NCBI GenBank assembly: GCA_022707885.1
Contig: JAKIZT010000002.1
Coordinates: 34,458-98,457 of the forward strand
Direction of reading: 5' to 3'
Length of the DNA stretch: 64,000 nucleotides
Source: Caldisericales bacterium
GTDB lineage: Bacteria; Caldisericota; Caldisericia; JAAYUI01
The position numbers were made by a program, and so were the translations under genes. Position 1 is the first letter of the stretch, and each line of letters starts with the position of its first letter. Shown here one piece after another: positions 1-11,000 of this stretch. The notes beneath the pieces were generated by a model. The model made no database searches. It had not been told where the DNA came from and saw only the letters and a program-made list of their open reading frames with translations.

Positions 1-1652
1 GCATCGACAATTGGCCCGTTGGTTGTTCTATCAAGCACAAAACCTTCCAAAACACCAGAAGATTTCGTGACAACGAATTTCCCTATGTATTCTGATTCGA
101 GTCCGTCAAGATCTGTGAGTGTAACAGACCATGTGTGCTCGCCAACCGGAAGCGGGCCAATGGTAGGTGTCATGTAGTCTATGACCATCATTCCACCCAT
201 GGATACATCAACATGTTTGGCAAAATCAACATAAGTGCAAAGATTTTTGATTCCCCTGTCATCCTGGGCCCTCACCTGGAGCTGGAAACTCTGGTAGTTT
301 GAATATGGTGATTGCGGGTGCATAATGACTTGCAGGAAGCTTGGTGGTTGTTCCCTTCCCCATACTCTATACCAGATTTCTTTTGTTTCCTCGTAATATG
401 GCCAGGTCATCCTGAATTTAAGCCTGTGCCATCCAGGAGCATCTGTTGGAAGGGGCATCTTTTCCAGAATGATTGTTTCCGATGTTATCTGGAGCATCTG
501 CTCATAATCACGATATGGGAGGTCATCTATCATCCATACACCAACCACTTTGATGGTACCTTTTCCACCAACCCTGATTCCAAGTTCTGCAACAAGTGGT
601 GAGTTCTGGGTGACAGTCGTTCCATCACCCGGGTAGATTATGCCGGGCCATACCCATGCTTCCCCAACAATTCTGAAAGTTACAGCATTAGATAACAGTT
701 CTGCTGGAGAAACAAGTTTGAACTGGACAGTATGCGGACCCGCAGACTGGGCAGGTATGGTCATTTCGTAGATAAACTCACCAGGACCAACAACAATTTT
801 TTCAAGCTTGTCATACACTTTTCCATCAAGGAGGAGGTAACCAAGCAAGTTGAAAGAACCTGCCTGGGTAACGTTTATTTTAATTTTGACTTTTGTAGTG
901 CCATCAATTGAAACAGTCGCATCCTGAATAACAGGATCAAGTACAACCGCTATTGGTGTCTTTGAAGAAACTGTGTATTTAATTATTCCTGATTTGTATG
1001 CTGTCGGCAAATCAACTATCAGCTCAACGGTGTGATCACCAGGAACATTTGTTGGAAGTACCTGAGACACCTTTGCAACTGCCTGCCATGCAACCTGCAT
1101 TTTTTGCGTGAAAGGATGACTTGTTCCATCAACAATCCATTTGCCAAAAATCTCGTATGTTCCTTGGCCTTTTAGCGGTATTTCTGCTTTTGCCTCAAGA
1201 AAATCACCCTGGCTTACAACTTGACCATTTACTGGCGAGATGATTTTTACTCCAGAAATATCTTGTTTCGGTGGGTTGACGGTATAGGTGGTCGAGGAAG
1301 TTTTTAACTCATTCGGAGATATGAGCTCAAAATAGACCTCGTGACTGCCACCAAGAGATGTCGGCAGGAAGGTTTCAAAAACTATTGGTTCAGGTGATGG
1401 TGCCATTAGGGTCTTGAAGTAGGTTGGCCCCTCCTGGCCATCTACAATGAAACGTCCCCAAATAGCAGTTTTACCCTCTCCAGTGAGAACAAACCTCACC
1501 CTGCCAACTAAATTTCCCAATGCATCAATGGTGGGGTTCCCCACGGGTGCTTCCAGAGTGACTGTGCAATGTGGTGGCTCCACAGAAGATGCCGAGAATA
1601 CAGGAAAACTCAAAGAGAGTATAACCGCAAGTGCAAAGGCAATACGCTTCAT
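1..1652 (-). CDS. secreted repeat-domain surface protein; N-terminal part only, the gene runs off the window start
   Basis: Reverse-complement translation from ATG at 1650-1652 gives MKRIAFALAVILSLSFPVFSASSVEPPHCT..., a signal peptide. A GGAGGT RBS lies just upstream. The ORF track omits it, presumably because it has no stop inside the window. Frame continuity to position 1 was not fully verified. Confidence 0.5.
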   Translation of the reverse strand, partial: MKRIAFALAVILSLSFPVFSASSVEPPHCTVTLEAPVGNPTIDALGNLVGRVRFVLTGEGKTAIWGRFIVDGQEGPTYFKTLMAPSPEPIVFETFLPTSLGGSHEVYFELISPNELKTSSTTYTVNPPKQDISGVKIISPVNGQVVSQGDFLEAKAEIPLKGQGTYEIFGKWIVDGTSHPFTQKMQVAWQAVAKVSQVLPTNVPGDHTVELIVDLPTAYKSGIIKYTVSSKTPIAVVLDPVIQDATVSIDGTTKVKIKINVTQAGSFNLLGYLLLDGKVYDKLEKIVVGPGEFIYEMTIPAQSAGPHTVQFKLVSPAELLSNAVTFRIVGEAWVWPGIIYPGDGTTVTQNSPLVAELGIRVGGKGTIKVVGVWMIDDLPYRDYEQMLQITSETIILEKMPLPTDAPGWHRLKFRMTWPYYEETKEIWYRVWGREQPPSFLQVIMHPQSPYSNYQSFQLQVRAQDDRGIKNLCTYVDFAKHVDVSMGGMMVIDYMTPTIGPLPVGEHTWSVTLTDLDGLESEYIGKFVVTKSSGVLEGFVLDRTTNGPIVD

Positions 1653-1824
1653 CTAGACCTCCGAAAAACAATTTTATAGCAAGCCACCGCTCAATGCAAA
1701 TATTCAATGATGTTTCTAGCAGAAATAAAACCAAGTGACAAGCACAAAAATAATCTGTCGGTTTTAATCCGGTTGCCAGGAATCACATTTGAAAACATCA
1801 ATTATAATCTGTACGGGAGTCACA

Positions 1825-3555
1825 ATGAAAAAAAGGGTAATCATAAGAAAATTGGGAGTTGAGCTGGACTTTACACCACCAGAACCGCCAAAAAGACATG
1901 GGTTTGCTGAGAATTTAAAACACCTAAAAAGGGTCTTGCCTTACGCCAGACCATTGCTCAAACATTTTATTTTACTTTCGCTTTTTTCCGTAATTTCAGC
2001 TGCATTTGGGCTGATTCTGCCGTTTGCACCAAAGATAATCCTGGATAACGGGGTGGCAAAGGGTGATCTCGGCCTGATAGTCAATGTTTTGATGTTTACA
2101 TTCTGGGCAAATCTTTTTTCAATGCTTGTCGGATGGTTCAATGGCATCTACTCGGAATACCTTTCAAGCTACATAGCATTCAAGACCCAGGTAGATTTTT
2201 ACAGAAAACTCTCAAAACTTGATGAGGAATACTTCGATTCCCAAAGAAGCGGCGATCTCATAAGCAGATCAAGCGGACTTGCAAATGGAATTAGTTACAT
2301 CTCAAACTCGCTCAACACTGTATTCACACTTGTCGTAAGGATCCTGGCTATCCCAGCGGCAGTTGCAGTAATGGACTGGAGGGTTGCTGCATTCGGGTTC
2401 CCAACACTCATCTTCACTACAACAGCATGGTACTTTATCCAGAGACTGCTCCGGTCATATCAGAAGGTCAGAATGGACGCGTCAGGAAAACTAAGTTCAA
2501 CGCAATACGACCTCGTATCATCACTCTCGGATTTGAGAATGTCTGGCCAGACGCGAAGAGCTATGATGTCTTATATAAGGGAATACGTCTCGGTGTGGCG
2601 CATGGGTGTGGTCTCATCACTGGTCTCTTCAGGATCAGGGCTGGTTCAAAGCCTTGTGCTCGCTGTGGTATCACTCCTGATAAACATCTTTGGGTGGGGG
2701 CAGGTCACATCAGGTGCATGGACACTAGGTAAAGTATCTGCCATTACAATAGCATTTGGATATATAACATCGCCACTCCAAACCATGTTCTCTCTTTGGG
2801 AAGGGCTTGTTGGAACATCAATATCGATACAGCGTTTCTTTGAAGTCTATGATGCCAAGGAACTGCCAAAAACAGGCAAGGAAAAGATTCCGGATGGACC
2901 ATACACAATCGAGTGCAAACAAATTGTTTTCTCTTATGCCGAAAGCAAGGAAATATTGAAAGGGCTGGACATCCAGGCAAAACCTGGCGAGATAGTCGCA
3001 ATAACCGGTGATTCTGGAGCAGGAAAAACAACTCTATTAAAAATTATTGCAGGGCTCCTGAACCCAAAATCGGGGCATGTTGAAATAAACGGCACTGCAC
3101 TGGAGGAGCTGGATGGACAGGCCTGGAGAGGAAAGATAGGGTTTCTCAGCCAGCACCCATACTTTGGTCCCGGCAACCTGGTGGAAAATGTCACTTTCGG
3201 GCGCGAAACAAAAAATGACCCGATGGAAATGATAAAGCTCTGCAGGCTGTCAGGGGTGGCTGAACGGCTTGGTGACGGCCCGCTGGGGGAACGTGCAAGA
3301 AATATATCCGCTGGTGAGAAACAGAGGGTTGCACTGGCAAGAGTCATGCTGATGGACAGGGAGATACTCCTGCTGGATGAACCTCTGGCGCAGGTAGACA
3401 TTCCAACGGCCAAGGAGATATTTGCAGACATATCCCCAATACTGAGGAGAGGAACCACAATCATCATAACACACAACCCAGTGCTGATAAAAATGGCAGA
3501 CAAGGTGTACTTCATCTATGATGGCAAAGCATTTGAGGGAGGGTTAAATGTTTGA
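1825..3555 (+). CDS. ABC transporter, fused permease/ATP-binding exporter (MsbA-like)
   Basis: N-terminal polytopic TM region. Walker A GDSGAGKTT, ABC signature ISAGEKQRVALAR, Walker B ILLLDEP. Stops at TGA (…GGLNV*). Confidence 0.85.
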   Translation: MKKRVIIRKLGVELDFTPPEPPKRHGFAENLKHLKRVLPYARPLLKHFILLSLFSVISAAFGLILPFAPKIILDNGVAKGDLGLIVNVLMFTFWANLFSMLVGWFNGIYSEYLSSYIAFKTQVDFYRKLSKLDEEYFDSQRSGDLISRSSGLANGISYISNSLNTVFTLVVRILAIPAAVAVMDWRVAAFGFPTLIFTTTAWYFIQRLLRSYQKVRMDASGKLSSTQYDLVSSLSDLRMSGQTRRAMMSYIREYVSVWRMGVVSSLVSSGSGLVQSLVLAVVSLLINIFGWGQVTSGAWTLGKVSAITIAFGYITSPLQTMFSLWEGLVGTSISIQRFFEVYDAKELPKTGKEKIPDGPYTIECKQIVFSYAESKEILKGLDIQAKPGEIVAITGDSGAGKTTLLKIIAGLLNPKSGHVEINGTALEELDGQAWRGKIGFLSQHPYFGPGNLVENVTFGRETKNDPMEMIKLCRLSGVAERLGDGPLGERARNISAGEKQRVALARVMLMDREILLLDEPLAQVDIPTAKEIFADISPILRRGTTIIITHNPVLIKMADKVYFIYDGKAFEGGLNV

Positions 3556-3785
3556 ACAGAGATCTAAGATGCTCGATTTTTTCTTCAAGTTCTCGCTCGC
3601 CCTTTTGATCACGATAACACTAGCAATTGTCCTATGGATGGTAGCCCTTGGAGGAACTAAGTGGCTTTCGTATTGGATGTCGCAAATTCTTAAATAGCAA
3701 AACCAAAACCGCAGTCAAAACTTTGCTTGAAGTTTTGGGTCCAAAGTAATAACTTTGTTGTTACAAAGAAAATTCCGAGGTGGCA

Positions 3786-5159
3786 ATGAAAACACTTTTG
3801 ACCGGTTTGACAAAAAGAAATGACTGCGACTACCTTGAAATAAGGATTGAGGACACCGACCACACTGGTATTTCCTATCAAGGCCATGACCTTGACCAGG
3901 TCCAGAGGACAAAAGCCTTTGGTGGTGCAATCAGGGCACTCTACAAGGGTGGCTGGGGTTTTGCTTCCTTTAATTCAATTAATGAATTGGAATCCAAGGT
4001 TGAAGCAGCTGTGCAGATGGCGTGTACTATTGGCAACACTATCAATGAAAAAAGTATGCTTGCGCCTACAAAACCAATTGTTGATACAGTAAAGCTGGAC
4101 GTAAAAAATGATGTAAGAAATGTACCACTTGGAAAAAAAGTTGATCTGCTAAAAGGCTATACAGAATTGATGCTTTCTGTTTCACCACTGATCAGGAATA
4201 CGAGGGTTTATTACAAAGATGCGTATTCAAAGTTGTATTTTGCAAACTCAGAGGGCACTTATATCGAACAGGAAAAAATGGATCTGGGTGCCAACTTCAT
4301 CGCAATGTCTGCAAAAGACGGGGTATCACAAAATTACTTTACTGGCGTTGGTTCCAGTGATGATTTCAATGTTGTCCTTGGTCTTGACCAGGAAGTGCGT
4401 GAGGTCTCTGAGACAGCAGTCAAGCTGCTTGATTGTGAGCAAGTCAACAGCGGTGCCTACACTGTAATTCTTGACCCAATTCTTTCCGGTACATTCATCC
4501 ATGAAGCCTTCGGACACCTCTCCGAGGGTGACAATGTATACGAAAATCCCTCGCTCGCAGAGGTCATGACCATGGGCAGGCAATTCGGAAAACCAATTTT
4601 GAACGTCTACGACACCGGCCTGGACAAGGGAACAAGGGGATACCTCAAATATGACGACGAGGGAACCCCGACAGAGAAGACTTACCTTATCAAGGAAGGC
4701 AAACTTGTAGGAAGACTCCATAGCAGGGAAACGGCTGGAAAAATGGGTGAGAAAGCCACTGGTTCAGCAAGGGCAATAAATTACAAGTTCGCCCCAATCC
4801 CAAGGATGCGCAACACCTGTATTGAAATTGGCAACTCCTCGATGGATGAAATGCTCGGAGGGATAAAAAACGGACTGCTTTGCCAGGGCGTCTTCGGCGG
4901 CCAGACAAACGGTGAGATGTTCACCTTCTCGTCAATGGTCACATACAAGATCGAGAATGGAAAGATCGGGCAGATGTGTCAGGGAAGCGTGCTTCAGGGC
5001 AATGTCTTCGAGACACTTGGAGCAATCGACATGGTGGGCAAGGATTTCGTACAACCTGACAGCGCCGGTGGCTGTGGAAAAGGTGGCCAGATGCCTCTTC
5101 CAACCTCGCATGGTTCGCCATCAATCCGCATCCAGAAGATTGTTGTTTCGGGAAAGTAG
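3786..5159 (+). CDS. tldD: TldD family metalloprotease
   Basis: HEAFGHLSEGD (HExxxH) motif, size about 455 aa, followed by its usual partner pmbA. GAGGTG RBS 5 nt before the ATG. Confidence 0.85.
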   Translation: MKTLLTGLTKRNDCDYLEIRIEDTDHTGISYQGHDLDQVQRTKAFGGAIRALYKGGWGFASFNSINELESKVEAAVQMACTIGNTINEKSMLAPTKPIVDTVKLDVKNDVRNVPLGKKVDLLKGYTELMLSVSPLIRNTRVYYKDAYSKLYFANSEGTYIEQEKMDLGANFIAMSAKDGVSQNYFTGVGSSDDFNVVLGLDQEVREVSETAVKLLDCEQVNSGAYTVILDPILSGTFIHEAFGHLSEGDNVYENPSLAEVMTMGRQFGKPILNVYDTGLDKGTRGYLKYDDEGTPTEKTYLIKEGKLVGRLHSRETAGKMGEKATGSARAINYKFAPIPRMRNTCIEIGNSSMDEMLGGIKNGLLCQGVFGGQTNGEMFTFSSMVTYKIENGKIGQMCQGSVLQGNVFETLGAIDMVGKDFVQPDSAGGCGKGGQMPLPTSHGSPSIRIQKIVVSGK

Positions 5160-5167
5160 GTGCAAGC

Positions 5168-6505
5168 ATGATAGAAAAAATAATTGAGCAGGCGAAAAAA
5201 CACTTTCAGAGCGTAGAGGTCATCCACTACAACAGAACAACAACACCGGTCAGTTTTGAGTCCGGAAGGCTCAAAGAGATTTCAGAAACCCAGAGAGAGG
5301 GCTATGCAATGCGTGCCGTGAAAGATGGCAAACTGGCTTTCTCGACCACAACAAAACCAGATGATGTCGAAGGTCTGATAAATCAGGCACTTGAAACAAT
5401 ACAATACTCTCCGGTGATGGATTTTGAGTTTGCATCAAACACCAATTTCGCGTCCCCAATCATAACAAACAAAGAAACTAGGGAAATTACAATCCAGCAG
5501 ATGGTGGACATGGGCAAGGAAACCATTGGCGCGATATCTGGTCTTCACCCAAAAGCCAGGGCACACGCTGGTGTAACAAAAAGCCATTTCAAGACTGAAA
5601 TGGCAACAAGCAATGGTTTTAATGGCTCTTATGAAAAAGACACATTCTCATGGGGGTGTTACATAGACCTGACCGATGGCGACAACATGCTAGGCTGCGG
5701 TGAGGGTTTCGTAGGCGTCAAGGATGAAGCCAAAAAGAAGGAGCTGATTGAAAAAGCAATCCGGAATTTTAAATATGGACAGAAAAATGTAAAAGCTGAA
5801 TCCGGTAAATATCCAGTACTATTTACACCAAACGCGCTTCTTCACGCCATAAATATTCTTTTGGCATCCGTTGGTGGTAAAAGTGTTGAAAGAAAAATCA
5901 GCCCATGGACAGACAAGCTCGGGACAAAAGTGACCTCTGAAGTTTTTTCTCTCATCGATGACGGTAGAATGGACCTTAGAAACCATTCCTGTCCATATGA
6001 TGATGAAGGCACACCAACCCAACGCACTCCGATCATTGAAAACGGCGTATTAAAAAACTTCCTTCTAGACAAAAGAACTGCAAAAAAGTTGTCAATGACA
6101 TCGACTGGCAACGCATTCAAGAAAGGTGGCATCTTCAATCCTCCACCAGAAATTGACAATGCTCCGGTCATCACCCAATCCACAATAGTCATGCAGCCAG
6201 GTAACAAGCTTTCCAACGAAATCCTAAAAGGGATCAAAAAGGGCTTCTACTTTGATGGGCTCATCGGAACTATGATGGGCAACCCGCTAACAGGCCAGCT
6301 TGCTGGAAATGTCGACCTCGGGTTCCTGGTAGAAAATGGCGAGATCGTCGGCAGAATAAAAGATGCCATGGTATCAGTCAATCTCTTTGAAGCCTTAAAC
6401 AACAGCATAGCTGCAATAAGCTCGGATACTGAAATTTCAGGTTTTAATGGAGAGATGGTCCTCCCATATATTCTTCTTGACAACTGCACTGTAGCCATTG
6501 GATGA
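5168..6505 (+). CDS. pmbA: PmbA/TldE family protease partner
   Basis: 445-aa TldD/PmbA-fold protein immediately downstream of tldD. AGGTG RBS. Confidence 0.8.
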   Translation: MIEKIIEQAKKHFQSVEVIHYNRTTTPVSFESGRLKEISETQREGYAMRAVKDGKLAFSTTTKPDDVEGLINQALETIQYSPVMDFEFASNTNFASPIITNKETREITIQQMVDMGKETIGAISGLHPKARAHAGVTKSHFKTEMATSNGFNGSYEKDTFSWGCYIDLTDGDNMLGCGEGFVGVKDEAKKKELIEKAIRNFKYGQKNVKAESGKYPVLFTPNALLHAINILLASVGGKSVERKISPWTDKLGTKVTSEVFSLIDDGRMDLRNHSCPYDDEGTPTQRTPIIENGVLKNFLLDKRTAKKLSMTSTGNAFKKGGIFNPPPEIDNAPVITQSTIVMQPGNKLSNEILKGIKKGFYFDGLIGTMMGNPLTGQLAGNVDLGFLVENGEIVGRIKDAMVSVNLFEALNNSIAAISSDTEISGFNGEMVLPYILLDNCTVAIG

Positions 6506-6610
6506 TAGAATCTGACCAGGTCGGCTAAAGATATGGCCGACCTGGTTTTTTCTTTTTTAAGTGTTTTAATAAATTGTCTTGTTAAGGCCACGTAAGATAC
6601 GGGAGGTAGC

Positions 6611-7234
6611 GTGATTCAGATAACAAGCACGATTTACGGGAACATCAATGGCGTCCAGTTTCAAGGAGCTCACAGCGGCACATCAGATCCAAATAGTGGA
6701 ACATCGTCTTCAACAATACAGTACACTGCATTTCCTCTTGATTTCACTCCTCTTGGTTGTAGGTCATGGACATGCAAGCACCATCTTTCGGTTTGCATGG
6801 AAACTGAGGGTGCAATCAATCTTCTAAACTTTGCTGGAGGCAACTATGACACCTATGAAACCGTTTTGTATCCGGGTGGTGGACAGATCACAACGACAAG
6901 TCAGGTCAGACTTGTAAATCCCAATCTTGAAACGTGCCAACAGACATTCGATGGTAACATTCAGATCACAAAAGAAATTTCATCATTGGAACCTTTTACA
7001 GAAATCCTAATACCAAATGGACCAGGGAAAATAGCCAAACAAGGCTCAAGAAAAATCGTTTTTTCAGACAACTCATCAATTGTCCTAATATGGTCCGGGG
7101 TTATTCTTTTTGTTGACCAATCATTGGTATTTCCTTTTGCACAAGCAATCGATTACAATTACTCAAATGCTTCCTTTGATAGGCAAAATCTTCTGCTTGC
7201 AAAAGAGCTCATTGCTGTAACGAGGAGATTATGA
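6611..7234 (+). CDS. hypothetical protein (GTG start)
   Basis: GGGAGG RBS 5 nt upstream of GTG. Stop overlaps the next gene start (ATGA). No recognisable motif. Confidence 0.5.
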   Translation: MIQITSTIYGNINGVQFQGAHSGTSDPNSGTSSSTIQYTAFPLDFTPLGCRSWTCKHHLSVCMETEGAINLLNFAGGNYDTYETVLYPGGGQITTTSQVRLVNPNLETCQQTFDGNIQITKEISSLEPFTEILIPNGPGKIAKQGSRKIVFSDNSSIVLIWSGVILFVDQSLVFPFAQAIDYNYSNASFDRQNLLLAKELIAVTRRL

Positions 7235-7746
7235 CAGATGAAAATAAAGTAATCATCGAAATAGTGGATCCAGAAAAATTGGGTCGGGAAGAAAGAAAAA
7301 AGCTTGTTGATGAAATAATCTCTCTAAGTAGACAATACCAGAAAATCATGCGTTTGCATTTAGATGTTTCGAAAAACCATGTGGAAACTGGTGAAATGGA
7401 CAAATACTATTACGATGTGGCACTTGATGACTTAAACAATTTATTTATTGTAGCAAAAACTGAAGGGAACAGCCCAATCATAGGCTATACTTACAGTGAG
7501 ATCTGTCATAAACATGATGACCTGGTCTCGCCACCCTTTATAATTGTGAATGAGGTTGCCATAGATGATCATTACCGCAAAAATGAGTTGAAACAGGCAT
7601 TGATGGCCAAGATTGAGGAAATCGCAAAAATTAAAAAAATCAAGCAAATAGTCATCGATGTGCATGAATTCAATAAAGAATCTTTGGAAGTTTACGAAGC
7701 ATCTGGTTTTAAAACTCTTATCCGAAAAATGATCAAAACAATTTAA
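7231..7746 (+). CDS. GNAT-like N-acetyltransferase (tentative)
   Basis: C-terminal half resembles the acetyl-CoA binding core of GNATs (…IIVNEVAIDDHYRKNELKQALMAKIEE…YEASGFK). Translationally coupled to the upstream ORF. AT-rich. Confidence 0.4.
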   Translation: MTDENKVIIEIVDPEKLGREERKKLVDEIISLSRQYQKIMRLHLDVSKNHVETGEMDKYYYDVALDDLNNLFIVAKTEGNSPIIGYTYSEICHKHDDLVSPPFIIVNEVAIDDHYRKNELKQALMAKIEEIAKIKKIKQIVIDVHEFNKESLEVYEASGFKTLIRKMIKTI

Positions 7747-8016
7747 AAAATCCTTTTTAAAGTTCGCATCTTTCTCAAAATTGGCGTTAACTATTAAAAA
7801 ATAATCAAAATGACATTAATGTTTAGCAATATATTTACTGATAGTTTAAAATTTGGTAATACTACGAAAACGAGAAAAGTTCTCTCAAAAACTGCAAAAA
7901 TAGGGTATTTCAACCCATTGACTAATAGCACTTATCTCGTAAAATGATAGCGGCTGTTTATTCTGTAGAGGTGAAAAATGAAGCATAGATGATTAGCTAT
8001 TGTTTTGTCTGCTCTA

Positions 8017-11000
8017 ATGTTGCTGTCATCTTTTGTAGCAACACCTTTAATTAAAAATGTTGCAAGCGCCACTTTATGGGTAAATGTAAAAGATCAGGCC
8101 TACATTCCTGGTCCGCCAACAAATGCGAATGTCAGCGTAAATACCGGGACTTCTACAGAAGCCTCGCTTGCGATTGATTCACTTGGAAGACCACACATCG
8201 CCTGGACAGACAACACTGGCACAAGCCCGGTTGCCACAGACATATTCTATGCCTGGTGGGACGGAACAAACTGGGTTAACGCACAGGGCACAATCTACAA
8301 CGGTTCAAATGCCAACGTCTCAAAAACAAGACTTGCTTCAATCAATCCATCACTCCAGCTCGATTCTAATGACATGCCACACATCATTTGGGTGGATGAA
8401 ACATGGGGAAACAACTACGAGCCTGCATATATACATTGGGACCCAGTTGATGCTCGCTGGGAGCAGGACAATGACTCCTCATATGATGCAACCGGAAGCT
8501 GCAGGATAAGCCCTCCTGGCCAAATCAACTACTACAACCCATGTCTCAGGCTTGATTCCAATAATCTTCCACATGTTTCAATGACAATGGATGACAAGGG
8601 TGATAGAGAAATAATTTATGCCAGACTGACTGCTGCCGGAACAACAAACTGGGTGAGTCATAACGGTACTGCATGGTCTGGTGGTGGTGGCATGACCGCT
8701 GTCATCGTAAGTCAAACCCCGGGCAAAGATTCTGAATTCTCATCACTTGCCCTGGATACAAACAACAGGCCACATATCGCATGGCAGGACATGAACTGGG
8801 GAGTTGCATGGGAAATCGCTTATGTCCATTCAAATGGCACAAACTGGCTCAATGCACCTGGAAATATATGGACACCAAACAGCCCGAATGTCTCCAACAA
8901 TATCCCTATTTCTATTAGGCCATCACTCGAACTGGACACAAATAACAGACCACACGTTGCATGGTCAAACATGACAGCCAGCGGTAATTTTGATATTTTC
9001 TACGTCAGGTGGAATGGCTCTTCATGGGTCACCGTTATCAATGTTGCATATAATGGCACTAACGCAAACATCACCAATAACACTGGTGATTCAAACACTC
9101 CATCTCTCGAACTTGATTCAAACAACAACCCACACATATCATGGTCAGACAACACCTGGAACAGCAATTTCGAAATTTGCTACTTCTACTGGAACGGATC
9201 AAACTGGCTCTGCGGAAACAAACAGACATATTCCCCAATTGATGGAACAAATGTTGTTGTCAGCGCCAACTCCGGTGCTTCCCTCAAGCCATATCTCGTT
9301 ATCGATACAGCAGATATGCCACACATCTCATGGGAAGACAACACATACGATTCAAATTGGGAAATAATGTATGTGAGGCTTTTCTTCAACATGACAGGCA
9401 CTTTTGATCTGACAAAAGAAGTCGACGTAGACGGAGATCTTGATTTCACCGATGATACTGCTCCAGTAAGGGGCGGTGACACACTCACCTATAGGCTAAA
9501 TTGGTCCTTTGACAATCCAGACAGTGACCCACTCAGGGGTGCATATATTACAGATGCAATACCAAATGGAACGACATACATGGGTGGTTCTGCCAATCCA
9601 GCAATTGCATCTTACTCAACTGATGGCGGTTTCACATGGATCACTGGTGATGCACCAAATGGCTCGCCAGGTGGGACAATACTGCGCTGGGCAATAGCAA
9701 ACGACGAAGAAGATGACCTAGTATTCACTTTCCAGGTATTGGTTGATGCAACCGTTACTTCAAATATCTGCAACAGGGCAACTTTCAGGCACCGTTTTGA
9801 TAGAAACATCCCGCTCGTATCAAATGAAGTTTGCAATACATCAGGTGATATTGGTTTTATAAAAACATCACCAAAAATAGATTACTTTTCCGATGAAATA
9901 ATCATCTTCACACTTACTGTGAATTCAGCATTTAATGCCTCAACAAACGTCATTGTAAAAGACACTTTCCCGGTTGAGCTTATGTATCTTTCCTCATCCG
10001 AGCCAGTCACCGTCAACGGAAACACAATAATGTGGGGTGTTGGTGATATGGCAGTTGGTGAGATCAGGACATTGACCATCTCTTTCAGGGTCCTTCCAGA
10101 TTACAATTTTGGCAGTGAGCCACTTGCAGTAACAAACTATGCCATATGTACAGCCAGAGGTGTTGAGCCAGTCAATTCTCAAGCTACCGTCACAATCCAC
10201 ACACGTGGCGCTACACTGACAAAAACAGTCAATCAGCGCTATTTCAAGAAGAACGAAATAGTCCAGTTTACTCTTGTTGTGACAAACAATGGTACAGACC
10301 CGCTCACTGAAGTTACACTTGTTGATGAATTGCCAAATGTTCTTGCATATATCCCGGTTGAGCCACCACTTGGAGAAGTCAAAAACGGCATTTGGACTCT
10401 CTATATTGGCACTGTCATGCCGGGTGAGTCACTAACCTACGTTCTAAGCTTCAATATTGACGAGCACCAGATATTTGGTGAAGAAACCCTGGAATTTGTA
10501 AACAATGCAATACTTTTCACAAACGAACTCGATCCAATAACGGCCAAGGCTCCATTTGGAATCTACAGGCCAAAGACCCAGATTACAAAAACCGCAAAAG
10601 CAATGGTGCTGAGGCCAACAGACCTTATAGTCTTCACAGTAACCGTTTCGAATGTTGGTGGTGATGTCGCCAGCGAAGTATTCATGACAGACCTGTTCCC
10701 AAGGGAATTCGAGTTTGTCTCCTCGAGGCCTGCAAATCAGGGCGGTGCAACTTCCGTGAAATACGATATCGGGGACCTCCAGCCAGGGGAATCAAAGAGG
10801 TTCGTACTGACATTCAAAATCAAAAATCCGGATATGCTTCCAAGAACCAGCAACATGGTGCTTGTTAACACTGGAAAAGTATCAGCCCTTGGCCTTCCAG
10901 ATAAATATGCCTACGCAACAATCATTATCGTTCCAGACAATGCAAGAAGAGAACTAAGTGTTGTCGCTACATGGAAGGGAATAAACACAAAGACCTCCGA

